Of a stretch of 64,000 nt of DNA, positions 27,824 through 37,255 are shown piece after piece. Below the pieces are notes generated by a model. The model saw only the letters and a program-made list of their open reading frames with translations. It made no database searches and was not told where the DNA came from. The stretch is from Ignavibacteriota bacterium. GTDB lineage: Bacteria > Bacteroidota > Ignavibacteria > Palsa-1295. The first letter of the stretch is position 1. Each line of letters begins with the position of its first letter. Made by a program: the position numbers and the translations under genes. The DNA lies in contig CAWBEI010000003.1 in assembly GCA_963787835.1 (NCBI GenBank), positions 224,001 through 288,000 of the forward strand, written 5' to 3'.

Positions 27824-28669
27824 TCAATGCAAAATAAGCAGTCTCTGAAACTGATGAGTTGACCCGGCTTGGAATTCCAGAGAATAGACACCATCGCTCA
27901 TCCCTGTCAGACTAATGGGAAATTCATGCCATCCAAAGCCATCATTCTTCATCGAAAGAGATTGAGAGAGGATCCCAGCAGAATTATAAAGCTGAAATGT
28001 AACCGGGATAATGGAAATAGCTGAGTCTTCCGCAATAAAATAAGAAACAAGAATGCTTCCGGAAGCAGGATTTGGAGTGCATTGCATAATGCTGCTCGTT
28101 GGTGTAACCCCGGAAGTTACCACCGGAGAGCATGCATCGATAACCAGCAAGCGGCCGGTATCGGACACGACGATGGGATCCAACAAACTGGCACCGGCGG
28201 AATCAACGATAAATCCGGAATTTGAAAACGTTGGCGCCTGGCTCAGCACATGGAATTGCATTTGCAGGATCTCCCCAGGTCCCTTGAGCGGTGTGCTGCT
28301 CGAAGAATTTCCCGTGACATAGAGTATTCCCGGTGTCGTAACAGATTTGGTAAAGAACCAGTCCGGCGCGGGAGTATTGGCACCATTTCTTACATTGATA
28401 AATTCCAAAATATCGGGATTATAGCTGATGATCTCGCCAAATGAAATGATGGGCTTGAGCGCGCCGGGGAGCGTATCCTTTATGATCTGGGAGATGATCA
28501 CATCGGTATCGGCAAATACCACATAATTTGTGGCAATAGAAAGATGAATGGTATCCTTGCCAGCAAGCGGCTGATCCCCATCACCGGTAGAATTCGCGTG
28601 AGCGATCTGCCCGACAAAAAGAAAAGCGATCGCGGCAAGCAATGCGAATGGAAAGTGCTTATAGATCAT
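27824..28669 (-). CDS. Cohesin-like domain protein with T9SS type-A sorting domain
   Basis: 'ISYNPDILEF...G...LKGPGEILQMQFHV' cohesin-like pattern; CTD 'PNP...DGVYSL'. Confidence 0.65.
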   Translation of the reverse strand: MIYKHFPFALLAAIAFLFVGQIAHANSTGDGDQPLAGKDTIHLSIATNYVVFADTDVIISQIIKDTLPGALKPIISFGEIISYNPDILEFINVRNGANTPAPDWFFTKSVTTPGILYVTGNSSSSTPLKGPGEILQMQFHVLSQAPTFSNSGFIVDSAGASLLDPIVVSDTGRLLVIDACSPVVTSGVTPTSSIMQCTPNPASGSILVSYFIAEDSAISIIPVTFQLYNSAGILSQSLSMKNDGFGWHEFPISLTGMSDGVYSLEFQAGSTHQFQRLLILH

Positions 28670-28812
28670 CCTCACGGATGTGATAGGCAAATGAGAGTTG
28701 TGAAGTTCCGGAAGATGGCCCAGAAGTAGATTATATTCAGGTAAACCAACCGGGCTTCCAGTGAGTTTACATGCCCTTTAGTACCATCCCATAGCGTCAC
28801 TCTATCATTTTC

Positions 28813-29370
28813 ATGAATCTCATCCTATTTGGCCCACCCGGCGTGGGCAAAGGCACACAGGCCATGCGCCTTGCCGCCGCCCATAATCTGATCCATATCT
28901 CCACCGGCGATATTCTACGCGCCGCCATTGCCGAAGGATCCCCGCTGGGTATGACGGCAAGAACCTTCGTGGAATCCGGCGGGCTGGTACCCGATGACAT
29001 CATTATCGGTCTCGTCCGCGAAGTACTTGAAATGAAGCCAGAATCAAAAGGCTTTCTGCTCGATGGCTTCCCACGCACGCTTGAACAGGCAAGTGCGCTT
29101 GACGATCTGTTCCACGAGCTTGGCATTGCCGATGTGCACATTATCATGCTCGCTGCGCCGGAGCAGGAGCTTCTCGATCGTATGATCCGCCGCGGAATTG
29201 AACAAGGACGTAAGGATGATACCGTGGAAACGATACGGCACCGTCTCGAAGTATATAACGCACAGACGGAACCGGTGAGATCGTATTATGAAGAACGACG
29301 AGGTGTCACACTGGTCGATGGTCTTGGTTCAGTTGATGATGTAACCGCCAGGATCGAGAGCGTTCTTTAA
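28813..29370 (+). CDS. adk: Adenylate kinase (short, LID-less)
   Basis: 'GPPGVGKGTQA', 'ISTGDILR', 'LDGFPRT', 'RKDD'. Confidence 0.97.
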   Translation: MNLILFGPPGVGKGTQAMRLAAAHNLIHISTGDILRAAIAEGSPLGMTARTFVESGGLVPDDIIIGLVREVLEMKPESKGFLLDGFPRTLEQASALDDLFHELGIADVHIIMLAAPEQELLDRMIRRGIEQGRKDDTVETIRHRLEVYNAQTEPVRSYYEERRGVTLVDGLGSVDDVTARIESVL

Positions 29371-29391
29371 AACGAGCATCATGTACTTACG

Positions 29392-29955
29392 ATGAGGATC
29401 ATTGCTGGGGAATTTCGAAGCCGAGTGCTCGTTGCTCCGAAAGGCAATGCTACCCGTCCGACGACAGACCGCGCGAGAGAATCGTTATTCAATGTCCTGA
29501 ATAATCTCATCTCCTTCGACCGCATTCGTGTGCTCGATCTTTACGCCGGTTCCGGCGCGTTTTCGTTCGAAGCGCTTAGCCGTGGAGCCAAACATGCCAC
29601 GCTCGTCGAACGCGATCGTCATGCAATCCTTGCCATAAATGCCAATGCGAAGACCCTCCAGGTTACAGATCGTGTTTCCGTGTTCCATTCCGATGTGATC
29701 GCGTTCCTCCGAAGGCAGACGAAGCAGTTCGATCTCATTTTTGCTGATGCACCGTATGAGGACAAGCAATCACGCGAACTCTTGCCTACATTACTATCGG
29801 AGAAGGCCACCCGCGACGGGCTTTGTATCATCGAGCACCGCACCGGCGATTCCATTGTTTTAGCAAACGGCTCAACCTTGCTTCGGGAGCTAAACTCCGG
29901 AGAAGCGAGCTTTACTATCTTTCAGAAACAACCAATCTCGATCCCAGCCACATGA
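29392..29955 (+). CDS. rsmD: 16S rRNA m2G966 methyltransferase
   Basis: 'MRIIAG...TRPTTDRARESLFN', 'LDLYAGSG', 'EALSRGA'. Confidence 0.95.
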   Translation: MRIIAGEFRSRVLVAPKGNATRPTTDRARESLFNVLNNLISFDRIRVLDLYAGSGAFSFEALSRGAKHATLVERDRHAILAINANAKTLQVTDRVSVFHSDVIAFLRRQTKQFDLIFADAPYEDKQSRELLPTLLSEKATRDGLCIIEHRTGDSIVLANGSTLLRELNSGEASFTIFQKQPISIPAT

Positions 29956-30452
29956 AGATCGCCATCTATCCGGGAACATTTGACCCCATCACGAACGGCC
30001 ACCTGGACATTATCGAGCGAGCCAGCGAACTCTTCGATCAGGTGATCGTCGCACTGGCAAAGAACAGCCAAAAATCACCCCTGTTCTCGGAGCCGGAACG
30101 GTTGCGGCTGATCGAGCAAAGCCTTTTGGAATACTGTCCGCAACGCACAAACATTCGAGCCGATGCTTTCCAGGGGCTGCTCGTCGAGTATGCCGATTCA
30201 AAAGGAGCGACGGCGGTTGTTCGGGGACTTCGGGCCTTGAGCGATTTCGAATATGAGTTCCAAATGGCACTGATGAATCGCAAGCTGGCACCGAATGTAA
30301 GCACGATCTTTCTGATGCCGCACGAAGAATACACGTATTTGAACTCCACGATCATCCGCGAGCTTGCACGGTATGGCAAAGACGTTTCAAGTTTCGTTCC
30401 GAACTCGGTTTCCAATGCGCTTCGGGAAAAATTTGAAATTAAATATCATTAG
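29952..30452 (+). CDS. coaD: Phosphopantetheine adenylyltransferase
   Basis: 'AIYPGTFDPITNGHLDII', 'RGLR..SDFEYE'; ATGA overlap with rsmD. Confidence 0.97.
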   Translation: MKIAIYPGTFDPITNGHLDIIERASELFDQVIVALAKNSQKSPLFSEPERLRLIEQSLLEYCPQRTNIRADAFQGLLVEYADSKGATAVVRGLRALSDFEYEFQMALMNRKLAPNVSTIFLMPHEEYTYLNSTIIRELARYGKDVSSFVPNSVSNALREKFEIKYH

Positions 30453-30473
30453 ACCTATCCAACACAAACATAT

Positions 30474-31319
30474 TTGGAAGCGCCGCAACATATCGGGAAA
30501 CATCCTCTCCTTCTCAATGAGAAGCACGCCGTGGAGATACTCACCATCTTCATTCGCGAGGAGGTGCGGCGGACCGGGCTTAGTAAAGCTGTGATCGGGC
30601 TATCGGGTGGGGTCGATTCCGCGCTCTCGACCTATCTTTCTGTTCGAGCCTTAGGTGCAGAGAATGTCCATGTGCTCCTGATGCCATATCGAACCTCATC
30701 CCCGGAAAGTATCAAGGATGCCACCGACGTCGTGAACGCACTTGGAGTCTCTTCAGAAATACTCGATATTTCCAATGCGGCGGACGCCTTTTTTGCTTCA
30801 GATAGTTCCATGGACAAAAGGCGCCGGGGAAATATCATGGCTCGATTAAGAATGATCGCATTATACGATCGATCCCAGGTGATGAGTTCACTCGTCATTG
30901 GCACGTCCAACAAGACAGAATCGCTGCTCGGTTACACTACGATCTATGGCGATAATGCGAGTGCGATCAACCCACTTGGCGATCTTTACAAAACTCAGGT
31001 CTGGCAGCTTGCAAAATATGTAGGCGTACCGGAGCAAATAATAACCAAACCTCCATCGGCAGACCTTTGGCCGGGGCAGACGGATGAATCGGAACTCGGA
31101 ATATCGTATCATGAAGTTGATGAACTGCTTTTTTACATGATCGATCTCCGCGAACGCGATGAACAGCTAATGAAGCGTGGATACAGATTGGATCACATTA
31201 ACCATATCCGCCAGATCGTACAACGAACCCAATACAAACGCCGATTGCCGCTTATCGCAAAATTATCGAGCCGCACTATTAATACAGATTTTCGCTATCC
31301 GAGGGATTGGGGGACGTAA
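30474..31319 (+). CDS. nadE: NH3-dependent NAD+ synthetase
   Basis: 'GLSGGVDSA', 'GNIMARLRM', 'GTSNKTE', 'PSADLW.GQTDE'. Confidence 0.95.
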   Translation: MEAPQHIGKHPLLLNEKHAVEILTIFIREEVRRTGLSKAVIGLSGGVDSALSTYLSVRALGAENVHVLLMPYRTSSPESIKDATDVVNALGVSSEILDISNAADAFFASDSSMDKRRRGNIMARLRMIALYDRSQVMSSLVIGTSNKTESLLGYTTIYGDNASAINPLGDLYKTQVWQLAKYVGVPEQIITKPPSADLWPGQTDESELGISYHEVDELLFYMIDLRERDEQLMKRGYRLDHINHIRQIVQRTQYKRRLPLIAKLSSRTINTDFRYPRDWGT

Positions 31320-31360
31320 GAGATTTGCCGGACTATCCCTTGCGATAGTTCAATATGTCG

Positions 31361-31368
31361 TATTTTTG
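31361..31368 (+). promoter_or_regulatory. TAnnTTTG -7 promoter box upstream of icd
   Basis: CG-TATTTTTG with TTGC 17 nt upstream. Confidence 0.45.
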
Positions 31369-31410
31369 TAGTGGTTTCCTCCCTCAGTAACCAATATTTT
31401 AAATTAAAAC

Positions 31411-32787
31411 ATGAGCATTGACGCAAAAAAATTAGCAAAACCCTCTCGCGGCGAGAAGATCCGCATGACCTCCAATGGGCTGGAAGTGCCTGCCAATCCT
31501 ATCATTCCATTCATCGAAGGCGATGGCACCGGACCGGATATATGGCGTGCCTCCGTCCGCGTATTCGATGCTGCCGTCGAAAAAGCTTACGGCGGTAAGC
31601 GGAAAATTGAATGGTACGAAGTGTTTGCCGGCGAGAAAGCCAACGAAGTCTATGGCGAAAATACCTGGCTTCCGAATGAAACGCTGGACGTGATGCGGGA
31701 ATATCTCGTCGGCATTAAAGGTCCGCTTACCACCCCCATCGGCGGCGGCATTACAAGCTTGAATGTTGCTCTTCGACAGCAGTTGGATCTGTATGTATGC
31801 CTGCGTCCGGTACGGTATTTTTCCGGAGTCCCATCGCCGGTGAAGCGTCCGGAATTGGTTGATATGGTGATCTTCCGCGAGAACACCGAAGACATTTACG
31901 CTGGCATCGAATGGGCTGCCGGAAGCGATGAATCAAACAAAGTCCTCGACTTTATCGAGAAAGAATTCCCGAAAGCGTTCGGCAAGATCCGGTTCGGAAC
32001 GAAAGCGAAAACCGAAGCATGGTCTAAACAAGCGAATGTGGAGGAAGTTAAAAACGCTCCGCATGTCGGCATTGGCATCAAGCCTGTTAGCCTGGAAGGA
32101 TCGGAGCGCCTTATCGCAGCGGCAATCGAATATGCGCTTCGGCTCAATCGAAAATCGGTGACGATCGTGCATAAGGGCAATATCATGAAATTCACAGAAG
32201 GCGCATTCCGCGACTGGGGTTATAAAATGGCGAAAGAGCGCTTTGGCGATAAAGTCTTCACCTGGGCCGAATGGGAGGATCAGAAAAAAGCATTTGGCGA
32301 GCAACAAGCGAATGAGCTTCAGAAAAAACGCCTGGCTGAAGGTGCGTTGCTCATCAAGGATGCCATTGCCGACATCACGCTTCAGCAAGTTCTGACACGT
32401 CCCGAAGATTTCGATGTGATCGCCACGCTTAATCTCAATGGCGATTATCTTTCGGATGCGCTTGCCGCACAGGTTGGCGGAATCGGCATTGCGCCGGGAG
32501 CGAATATCAATTACGTTACCGGCGCTGCGATCTTTGAAGCAACGCACGGTACGGCACCGAAATATGCTAATCTGGATAAGGTAAATCCCGGTTCGGTGAT
32601 TCTTTCCGGCGAGATGATGCTGCGTTACATGGGCTGGGGCGAAGCCGCCGATCTCATTATTCGTGGGCTCGATTCCGCTATCGGCTCCAAGCGCGTCACC
32701 TACGACTTTGCCCGCCAAATGGATGGCGCACAAGAGATCAAGACGAGTGAGTTCGGGGATGAGATTATCAAAAGGATGATTGTCTGA
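31411..32787 (+). CDS. icd: Isocitrate dehydrogenase (NADP-type, homodimeric)
   Basis: 'IEGDGTG', 'IKGPLTTP', 'FRENTEDIY', 'HKGNIMK', '[10 protein letters not shown]'. Confidence 0.97.
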   Translation: MSIDAKKLAKPSRGEKIRMTSNGLEVPANPIIPFIEGDGTGPDIWRASVRVFDAAVEKAYGGKRKIEWYEVFAGEKANEVYGENTWLPNETLDVMREYLVGIKGPLTTPIGGGITSLNVALRQQLDLYVCLRPVRYFSGVPSPVKRPELVDMVIFRENTEDIYAGIEWAAGSDESNKVLDFIEKEFPKAFGKIRFGTKAKTEAWSKQANVEEVKNAPHVGIGIKPVSLEGSERLIAAAIEYALRLNRKSVTIVHKGNIMKFTEGAFRDWGYKMAKERFGDKVFTWAEWEDQKKAFGEQQANELQKKRLAEGALLIKDAIADITLQQVLTRPEDFDVIATLNLNGDYLSDALAAQVGGIGIAPGANINYVTGAAIFEATHGTAPKYANLDKVNPGSVILSGEMMLRYMGWGEAADLIIRGLDSAIGSKRVTYDFARQMDGAQEIKTSEFGDEIIKRMIV

Positions 32788-32828
32788 ACCGTGATTATGG
32801 GATTATTAAGATTTATGAGATTTTGATT

Positions 32829-32878
32829 GTCATTCCCGCGAAAAGCCTGCCCTCGACCTGATCGAGGGCGGGAATCCA
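32829..32878. repeat. REP-like palindrome family B with an internal CCCTCGA-cctga-TCGAGGG insertion
   Basis: GTCATTCCCGCG...CGGGAATCCA. Confidence 0.8.
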
Positions 32879-32954
32879 TTCAGACTATCTCACTTCCATC
32901 CACTCACCACGCTGATTGAGGAACGCATATGATCGTACTTCAGGTTTGGAGATC

Positions 32955-33992
32955 ATGCGAAAAGTGTCTATTTTCGTTTTGCTTCTCTTCCCCCTGATCG
33001 AGGGATGTTTTCTCAATGTTGACGGTCCCCAAGCTCCAGCAATCGAAACGGTCAATTGCATTAAATGGAGCTCGGATGGCTCCATGCTCGTTGCTTTTCG
33101 AACCAAACCCTACGATTCTGCTGGAGAAACATTAAGCCATTCTTTCATTGATGTTTATAATCAAACTGGAACGCTTGTTAGCACTACGCCTATCAACTCC
33201 GCATTTCTTGCCCCAATTGAGATCACCGATGATGGGAAGCATTTCATTTTCTGGGATCTCAGAACAAACTCAAACGAATCTCTGAAATTTGGAACACTTG
33301 GAGATCCCGTTCTGACTCCTGTCGGGGCTCAAGGAGATTCCTCACTGAAACTTGAATGGAAGGCAGAGATGGATGCCATGTCACCTTCAGGCCATCTTAT
33401 GATTAGCGACAAAAGTAACGGTTCCGGTATCGATGGAGCGCCTGTTACTTATTTTCTTACGTATTTCAATGGAGGAACCTTCCGGGAAATGCACCAATGG
33501 AATTCACATTGGGTCGGAACTTACTATGGCGCGACAATCTTGAATGACAGCCTGTTTTCGATCTGTGAGAACATTGGAGGCAACAATGTTTTCTCGGTCT
33601 ATGATACTTCGCTGAATCTCATTTATCGTGTGCCCATGTCTCCGCAAGGAACGCTTGGCATAGGTTATGCTCAAAGCCTTAATTCTATAGTTGCTGCCGG
33701 AAATTGGAATGGACCAAGTGGCACCGTAAATTTAATCAACCTCACCAGCGGTCAAACCCAAAAAGTGCTTGATTGGCCTGGCAACGGCATGAATGCCGCT
33801 CCAGATGGCTTCCATGTTGTTTATCCTTATGTCGGAGTCAAGGTTCGGAATCTTAGCACAAACATTGAGAAGGACATCGCTTCCGACGTCCCTGTCATAG
33901 AGCTTTTTAGTCCTGACGCTCAGACCGTTGCCTACGTACCACTCAATAATGAAGCGATTGTGAAGTTCGCACCTGTGAATGGACTTCCGTAG
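32955..33992 (+). CDS. Hypothetical lipoprotein, probable beta-propeller
   Basis: Lipobox 'IEGC'; 'WSSDG', 'APDG', 'FSPD' blade motifs. Confidence 0.7.
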   Translation: MRKVSIFVLLLFPLIEGCFLNVDGPQAPAIETVNCIKWSSDGSMLVAFRTKPYDSAGETLSHSFIDVYNQTGTLVSTTPINSAFLAPIEITDDGKHFIFWDLRTNSNESLKFGTLGDPVLTPVGAQGDSSLKLEWKAEMDAMSPSGHLMISDKSNGSGIDGAPVTYFLTYFNGGTFREMHQWNSHWVGTYYGATILNDSLFSICENIGGNNVFSVYDTSLNLIYRVPMSPQGTLGIGYAQSLNSIVAAGNWNGPSGTVNLINLTSGQTQKVLDWPGNGMNAAPDGFHVVYPYVGVKVRNLSTNIEKDIASDVPVIELFSPDAQTVAYVPLNNEAIVKFAPVNGLP

Positions 33993-34003
33993 CGTTCAAA
34001 TTT

Positions 34004-34735
34004 TTAATGTTCCAGCGCCCAGATGACGATATTCGTTCCGAAACGCAACGCTTCCTGACGTTTTTCTTCGGGGTCGCCGTGGACATCTGGGTCGTCCCAG
34101 CCATCGCTGGGATTGGATTGATAGGTGTAGAATACACAGAGCCGACCATTGCTAAAAAGCCCGAAACCCTGCGGTGGTTTGCCATCGTGCTCATGAGTTT
34201 TCGGTACGCCGTTCGGAAAATCGAAATGGCAATGATAGAGGCCATAAGAAAATGGCAGTTCCTGAAGATTTTGCTCGGGAAATACTTTCTTTAATTCGCC
34301 ACGGATAGTGGTGTCAAGACCGTAATCGTCGTCGATATAGAGAAACCCTCCGGCATCACAATAGGCGCGCAGGCGTTTAGCCTCCATGTCTGAAAAATCG
34401 ACACGGCCATGACCAGTCATGAAGAGAAAAGGGTAATTAAAAATTTCATCGCTCGCTATATCGACGGAGAAATACGTTGGATCGACATCGATATTCGTAT
34501 TTTCGTGAAGAAATTTGAGCAGATTTGGCTCTTCGGACTGACCATTATACCAATCGCTGCCGCCCTCGTATTTAAGACGCGCGATGCGAAATTGTGAACC
34601 CGTCCTGTTTATAGACGTTGGAAAAGAACTGACCTGTGCAAATGCATTCGCTGGATGGTCAATCATCCACGAAAGCATCAGAACCCCGAAACCGATTGTA
34701 ACAAAAATTGACCTATTGAAAAACCGAGCGACCAT
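34004..34735 (-). CDS. DUF4159 family protein
   Basis: 'ARLKY.GG.DWY', 'YPFLFMTGHG', 'GGFLYIDD.YG', 'PK.HEHD', 'G.NI..WAL'. Confidence 0.88.
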   Translation of the reverse strand: MVARFFNRSIFVTIGFGVLMLSWMIDHPANAFAQVSSFPTSINRTGSQFRIARLKYEGGSDWYNGQSEEPNLLKFLHENTNIDVDPTYFSVDIASDEIFNYPFLFMTGHGRVDFSDMEAKRLRAYCDAGGFLYIDDDYGLDTTIRGELKKVFPEQNLQELPFSYGLYHCHFDFPNGVPKTHEHDGKPPQGFGLFSNGRLCVFYTYQSNPSDGWDDPDVHGDPEEKRQEALRFGTNIVIWALEH

Positions 34736-34763
34736 ACTCATTCCAAACGAGAAGAAGGCGGGT

Positions 34764-37055
34764 TTGTTCCTGGACGGGCTTAGCTCATGGGCGGCCTTTG
34801 GGATTTATGTACTCTTCATGATCGCCGTTTATTGGCCGGTATTTCTTGGTCAGCGGTTCTTTTGGGAGGACTTTTTCATCCAGGAGTATCCCATTCGGGA
34901 GTTCTGCTTCTATATTGTGCGCGTTCAACATACGCTTCCATTTTGGAATCCGTATTCCTGGGCGTGGTCGCCACTATTGGCAGATGCACAATCCGGGTTT
35001 TGGTATCCTACCAATCTCCTGCAAATAGCAATTACCTGGCTTACGATACCACAATCAGTACATTTGCCAGTCCTCGTGCCTGAAACGATGACGCTGTTGC
35101 ATTTGCCTCTGGCTGCACTCGGGGTATTCGTATTGCTCAAAAGAGAATTTCGTGTGGCAGGAGCAGCAGCGCTGCTTGCAGGATTATGCTGGGGTTTCGG
35201 AGTGCGAATGGCCGCTGAGCAAAATCATTCCATGCAGATCTTGCAGCTTGCATTACTTCCATGGGAAACATTATTGCTAATGAGCGCATGGAAGTCCTGG
35301 CGTTATGCCATAGGGCTCGGACTTTTGTTTGGCATCAGCTTCTTTGCAGGCCAGCCGCAGACGTTCTTCTTCATCGCCATTTTCCTTGGCACATTCACGG
35401 TCGCTGAATCGCTGAAACGATGGCGAACGAAAAGCTCTTTTCGAGAATCTTCAGCACCTTTGTTGTACCTCGCTCTCGGGATGATTGTTGCTGTTGGAAT
35501 TACCGCGATCCAACTTCTGCCCTCGATGGAATTGGTTGCGTTGTCTGCTCGGAATCACCTGGATTTCCTTGAAGCAAACACTGGCGCGATCCATCTCGGG
35601 CATTTTATTGATTTCTTCGTTCCAAAATTCTACGGTGAATATCCAGGATTCAATATCCCATTTAGTCCGATCGTAAACGATCACTATTGGTATTGGGAAG
35701 CGACGTATTATTGGAGCGCAGTTGCGGAGATAATCGCGCTTTTTGCAGTCATGAACCTATGGAGGAATCGGCGGAATAAAGATCCCAAATCGAGACATAT
35801 CTTTTTTATTGTTGTATTTTCCATCTTTGCGTTAGGATATGGGATGGGGCATTATTTCATCTTCTATTGGCCGATCTGGCGATTCATACCGTTATTTGAT
35901 CACTTCCGCGCACCGAACAGGATGATCTGGTTCCTTTGGTTTTTAGGCACGATCATGGCTGGCATTGGACTCGATATTCTATTTCGTGATCCAGAAGAGA
36001 TCCGTCACCGCAAACGATATTTTTATTGGGCGAGTGGCATCTTTGTTGGCATAAATCTGATCGCGATGTTCGGTCTGATCGACCTCTTCTTCAAGCCATA
36101 CACTGTGCGTGCGGGTATCTGGATAATTGTGCTTTCATCTTTAATTGCAAGCGTGCTATCAGGTATTTTCTTCTTCGCAATCACGAAAAAATGGCTCCCA
36201 CAGTGGGTTGTTGTACTTTGTGCGATAATCTTGATCGCTGGCGATCTGTATTATAACGATTTTACCTGGCACCGAAATACGGTTAATCGAGAGACGGTCG
36301 TTGCACAAGATTCCTCGAGCGCGCCGCTTCAAAGATTCCGATCGATTCACAGCACGGACCATTCGAAGCTTCTCGTACTGTATCCCGATTCCATCCGCAA
36401 GATGAAGGCTAACCTGGGAATGTTCCTGCGAGAACCGATCGAGTACGCCGAAAATTTGGATAATCTTCTGAATGTGAATCCGCTTCGACTTGACCGGTCA
36501 ATTCCCTTAGTCACGGACAGCATAAAGCGTATGGACATCATGGGTGTTGCTACAAAGCTGACATGCGACACGCTCGAAACCGAATTGCAACAGCATCTTC
36601 CATTCTTAAAGCTCTATCACCATTGGAGATTCTCATCCGGAAATAATGACAGCATTATACTGAACGATACAAGCTTCGATTTCACGAAGGAGATATTGCT
36701 TTCTGGATATCCGGCATTAACTGCGGAGATTAAACCACTCGAAGACACCATAGTGCTTGCGGAATATTCAGAGAATCATTTAAAAATAAATGTCGCGACT
36801 TCGCAAGGCTCGGTATTGCTTGTGAACGATCTGTATTACCCAGCCTGGCGAGCCGCAGTCGATGGCAAGGACACGAAAATCCTTCGCGCCTTTACCAGTT
36901 TGCGGGCCATACCTATCACCGCAGGTACTCATGTTGTTGAACTGCGGTATGAAAGCGCCACCTTCGATCTCGGTTGGAAAATAACACTCGGAACGCTGGC
37001 TTTCTCAATAATTGCCCTTTTTATACCCAAAAAACAGAAGAACCCCGACGTATGA
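34764..37055 (+). CDS. YfhO-family polytopic membrane protein (GT-C-like); start uncertain
   Basis: 'LPFWNPY...PLLAD.Q...YP', 'QLLP..EL...S.R', 'RAP.R', C-terminal 'YYP.W.A.VDG'. Confidence 0.85.
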   Translation: MFLDGLSSWAAFGIYVLFMIAVYWPVFLGQRFFWEDFFIQEYPIREFCFYIVRVQHTLPFWNPYSWAWSPLLADAQSGFWYPTNLLQIAITWLTIPQSVHLPVLVPETMTLLHLPLAALGVFVLLKREFRVAGAAALLAGLCWGFGVRMAAEQNHSMQILQLALLPWETLLLMSAWKSWRYAIGLGLLFGISFFAGQPQTFFFIAIFLGTFTVAESLKRWRTKSSFRESSAPLLYLALGMIVAVGITAIQLLPSMELVALSARNHLDFLEANTGAIHLGHFIDFFVPKFYGEYPGFNIPFSPIVNDHYWYWEATYYWSAVAEIIALFAVMNLWRNRRNKDPKSRHIFFIVVFSIFALGYGMGHYFIFYWPIWRFIPLFDHFRAPNRMIWFLWFLGTIMAGIGLDILFRDPEEIRHRKRYFYWASGIFVGINLIAMFGLIDLFFKPYTVRAGIWIIVLSSLIASVLSGIFFFAITKKWLPQWVVVLCAIILIAGDLYYNDFTWHRNTVNRETVVAQDSSSAPLQRFRSIHSTDHSKLLVLYPDSIRKMKANLGMFLREPIEYAENLDNLLNVNPLRLDRSIPLVTDSIKRMDIMGVATKLTCDTLETELQQHLPFLKLYHHWRFSSGNNDSIILNDTSFDFTKEILLSGYPALTAEIKPLEDTIVLAEYSENHLKINVATSQGSVLLVNDLYYPAWRAAVDGKDTKILRAFTSLRAIPITAGTHVVELRYESATFDLGWKITLGTLAFSIIALFIPKKQKNPDV

Positions 37056-37093
37056 GTGATCATCGACGATGATCACTCATACTAACGGGGTTC
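37029..37093 (-). terminator. Intrinsic terminator (minus strand) overlapping the YfhO stop codon
   Basis: GAACCCCG...CGGGGTTC enclosing a perfect 16-bp inverted repeat, followed by TTCTGTTTTTT. Confidence 0.75.
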
Positions 37094-37175
37094 CTCGATC
37101 TAAAGTAAGGTGAGGCTCACTTATAGAAAGTGCAGACCGGATGAGCAATCGTGATCGCTCACAGGAAGTCTGCGA
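37029..37175 (-). ncRNA. Candidate structured small RNA (5' hairpin, C/U-rich linker, long terminator hairpin)
   Basis: Two long stems; G-U pairs form only on the minus strand; a U-tract follows the second stem. Confidence 0.4.
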
Positions 37176-37255
37176 TTCCAGATTCGTAAACACTTTTTTA
37201 AAGCAAAAACATCCCATAGAAAATTTCTTCACTATTGATTTTCGCAGAACTTGCA

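Noticed and set aside
31933-32733. 266-aa antisense ORF inside icd, and similar ones opposite the DUF899, valS, TPR and nuoF genes
   Set aside because: Shadow ORFs of well-supported genes, with no recognisable motifs
37029-37175. Assignment of the structured RNA as 6S, SRP or a known riboswitch
   Set aside because: It lacks the SRP helix-8 motif and the 6S end-to-end closing stem, and no gene follows it on its strand
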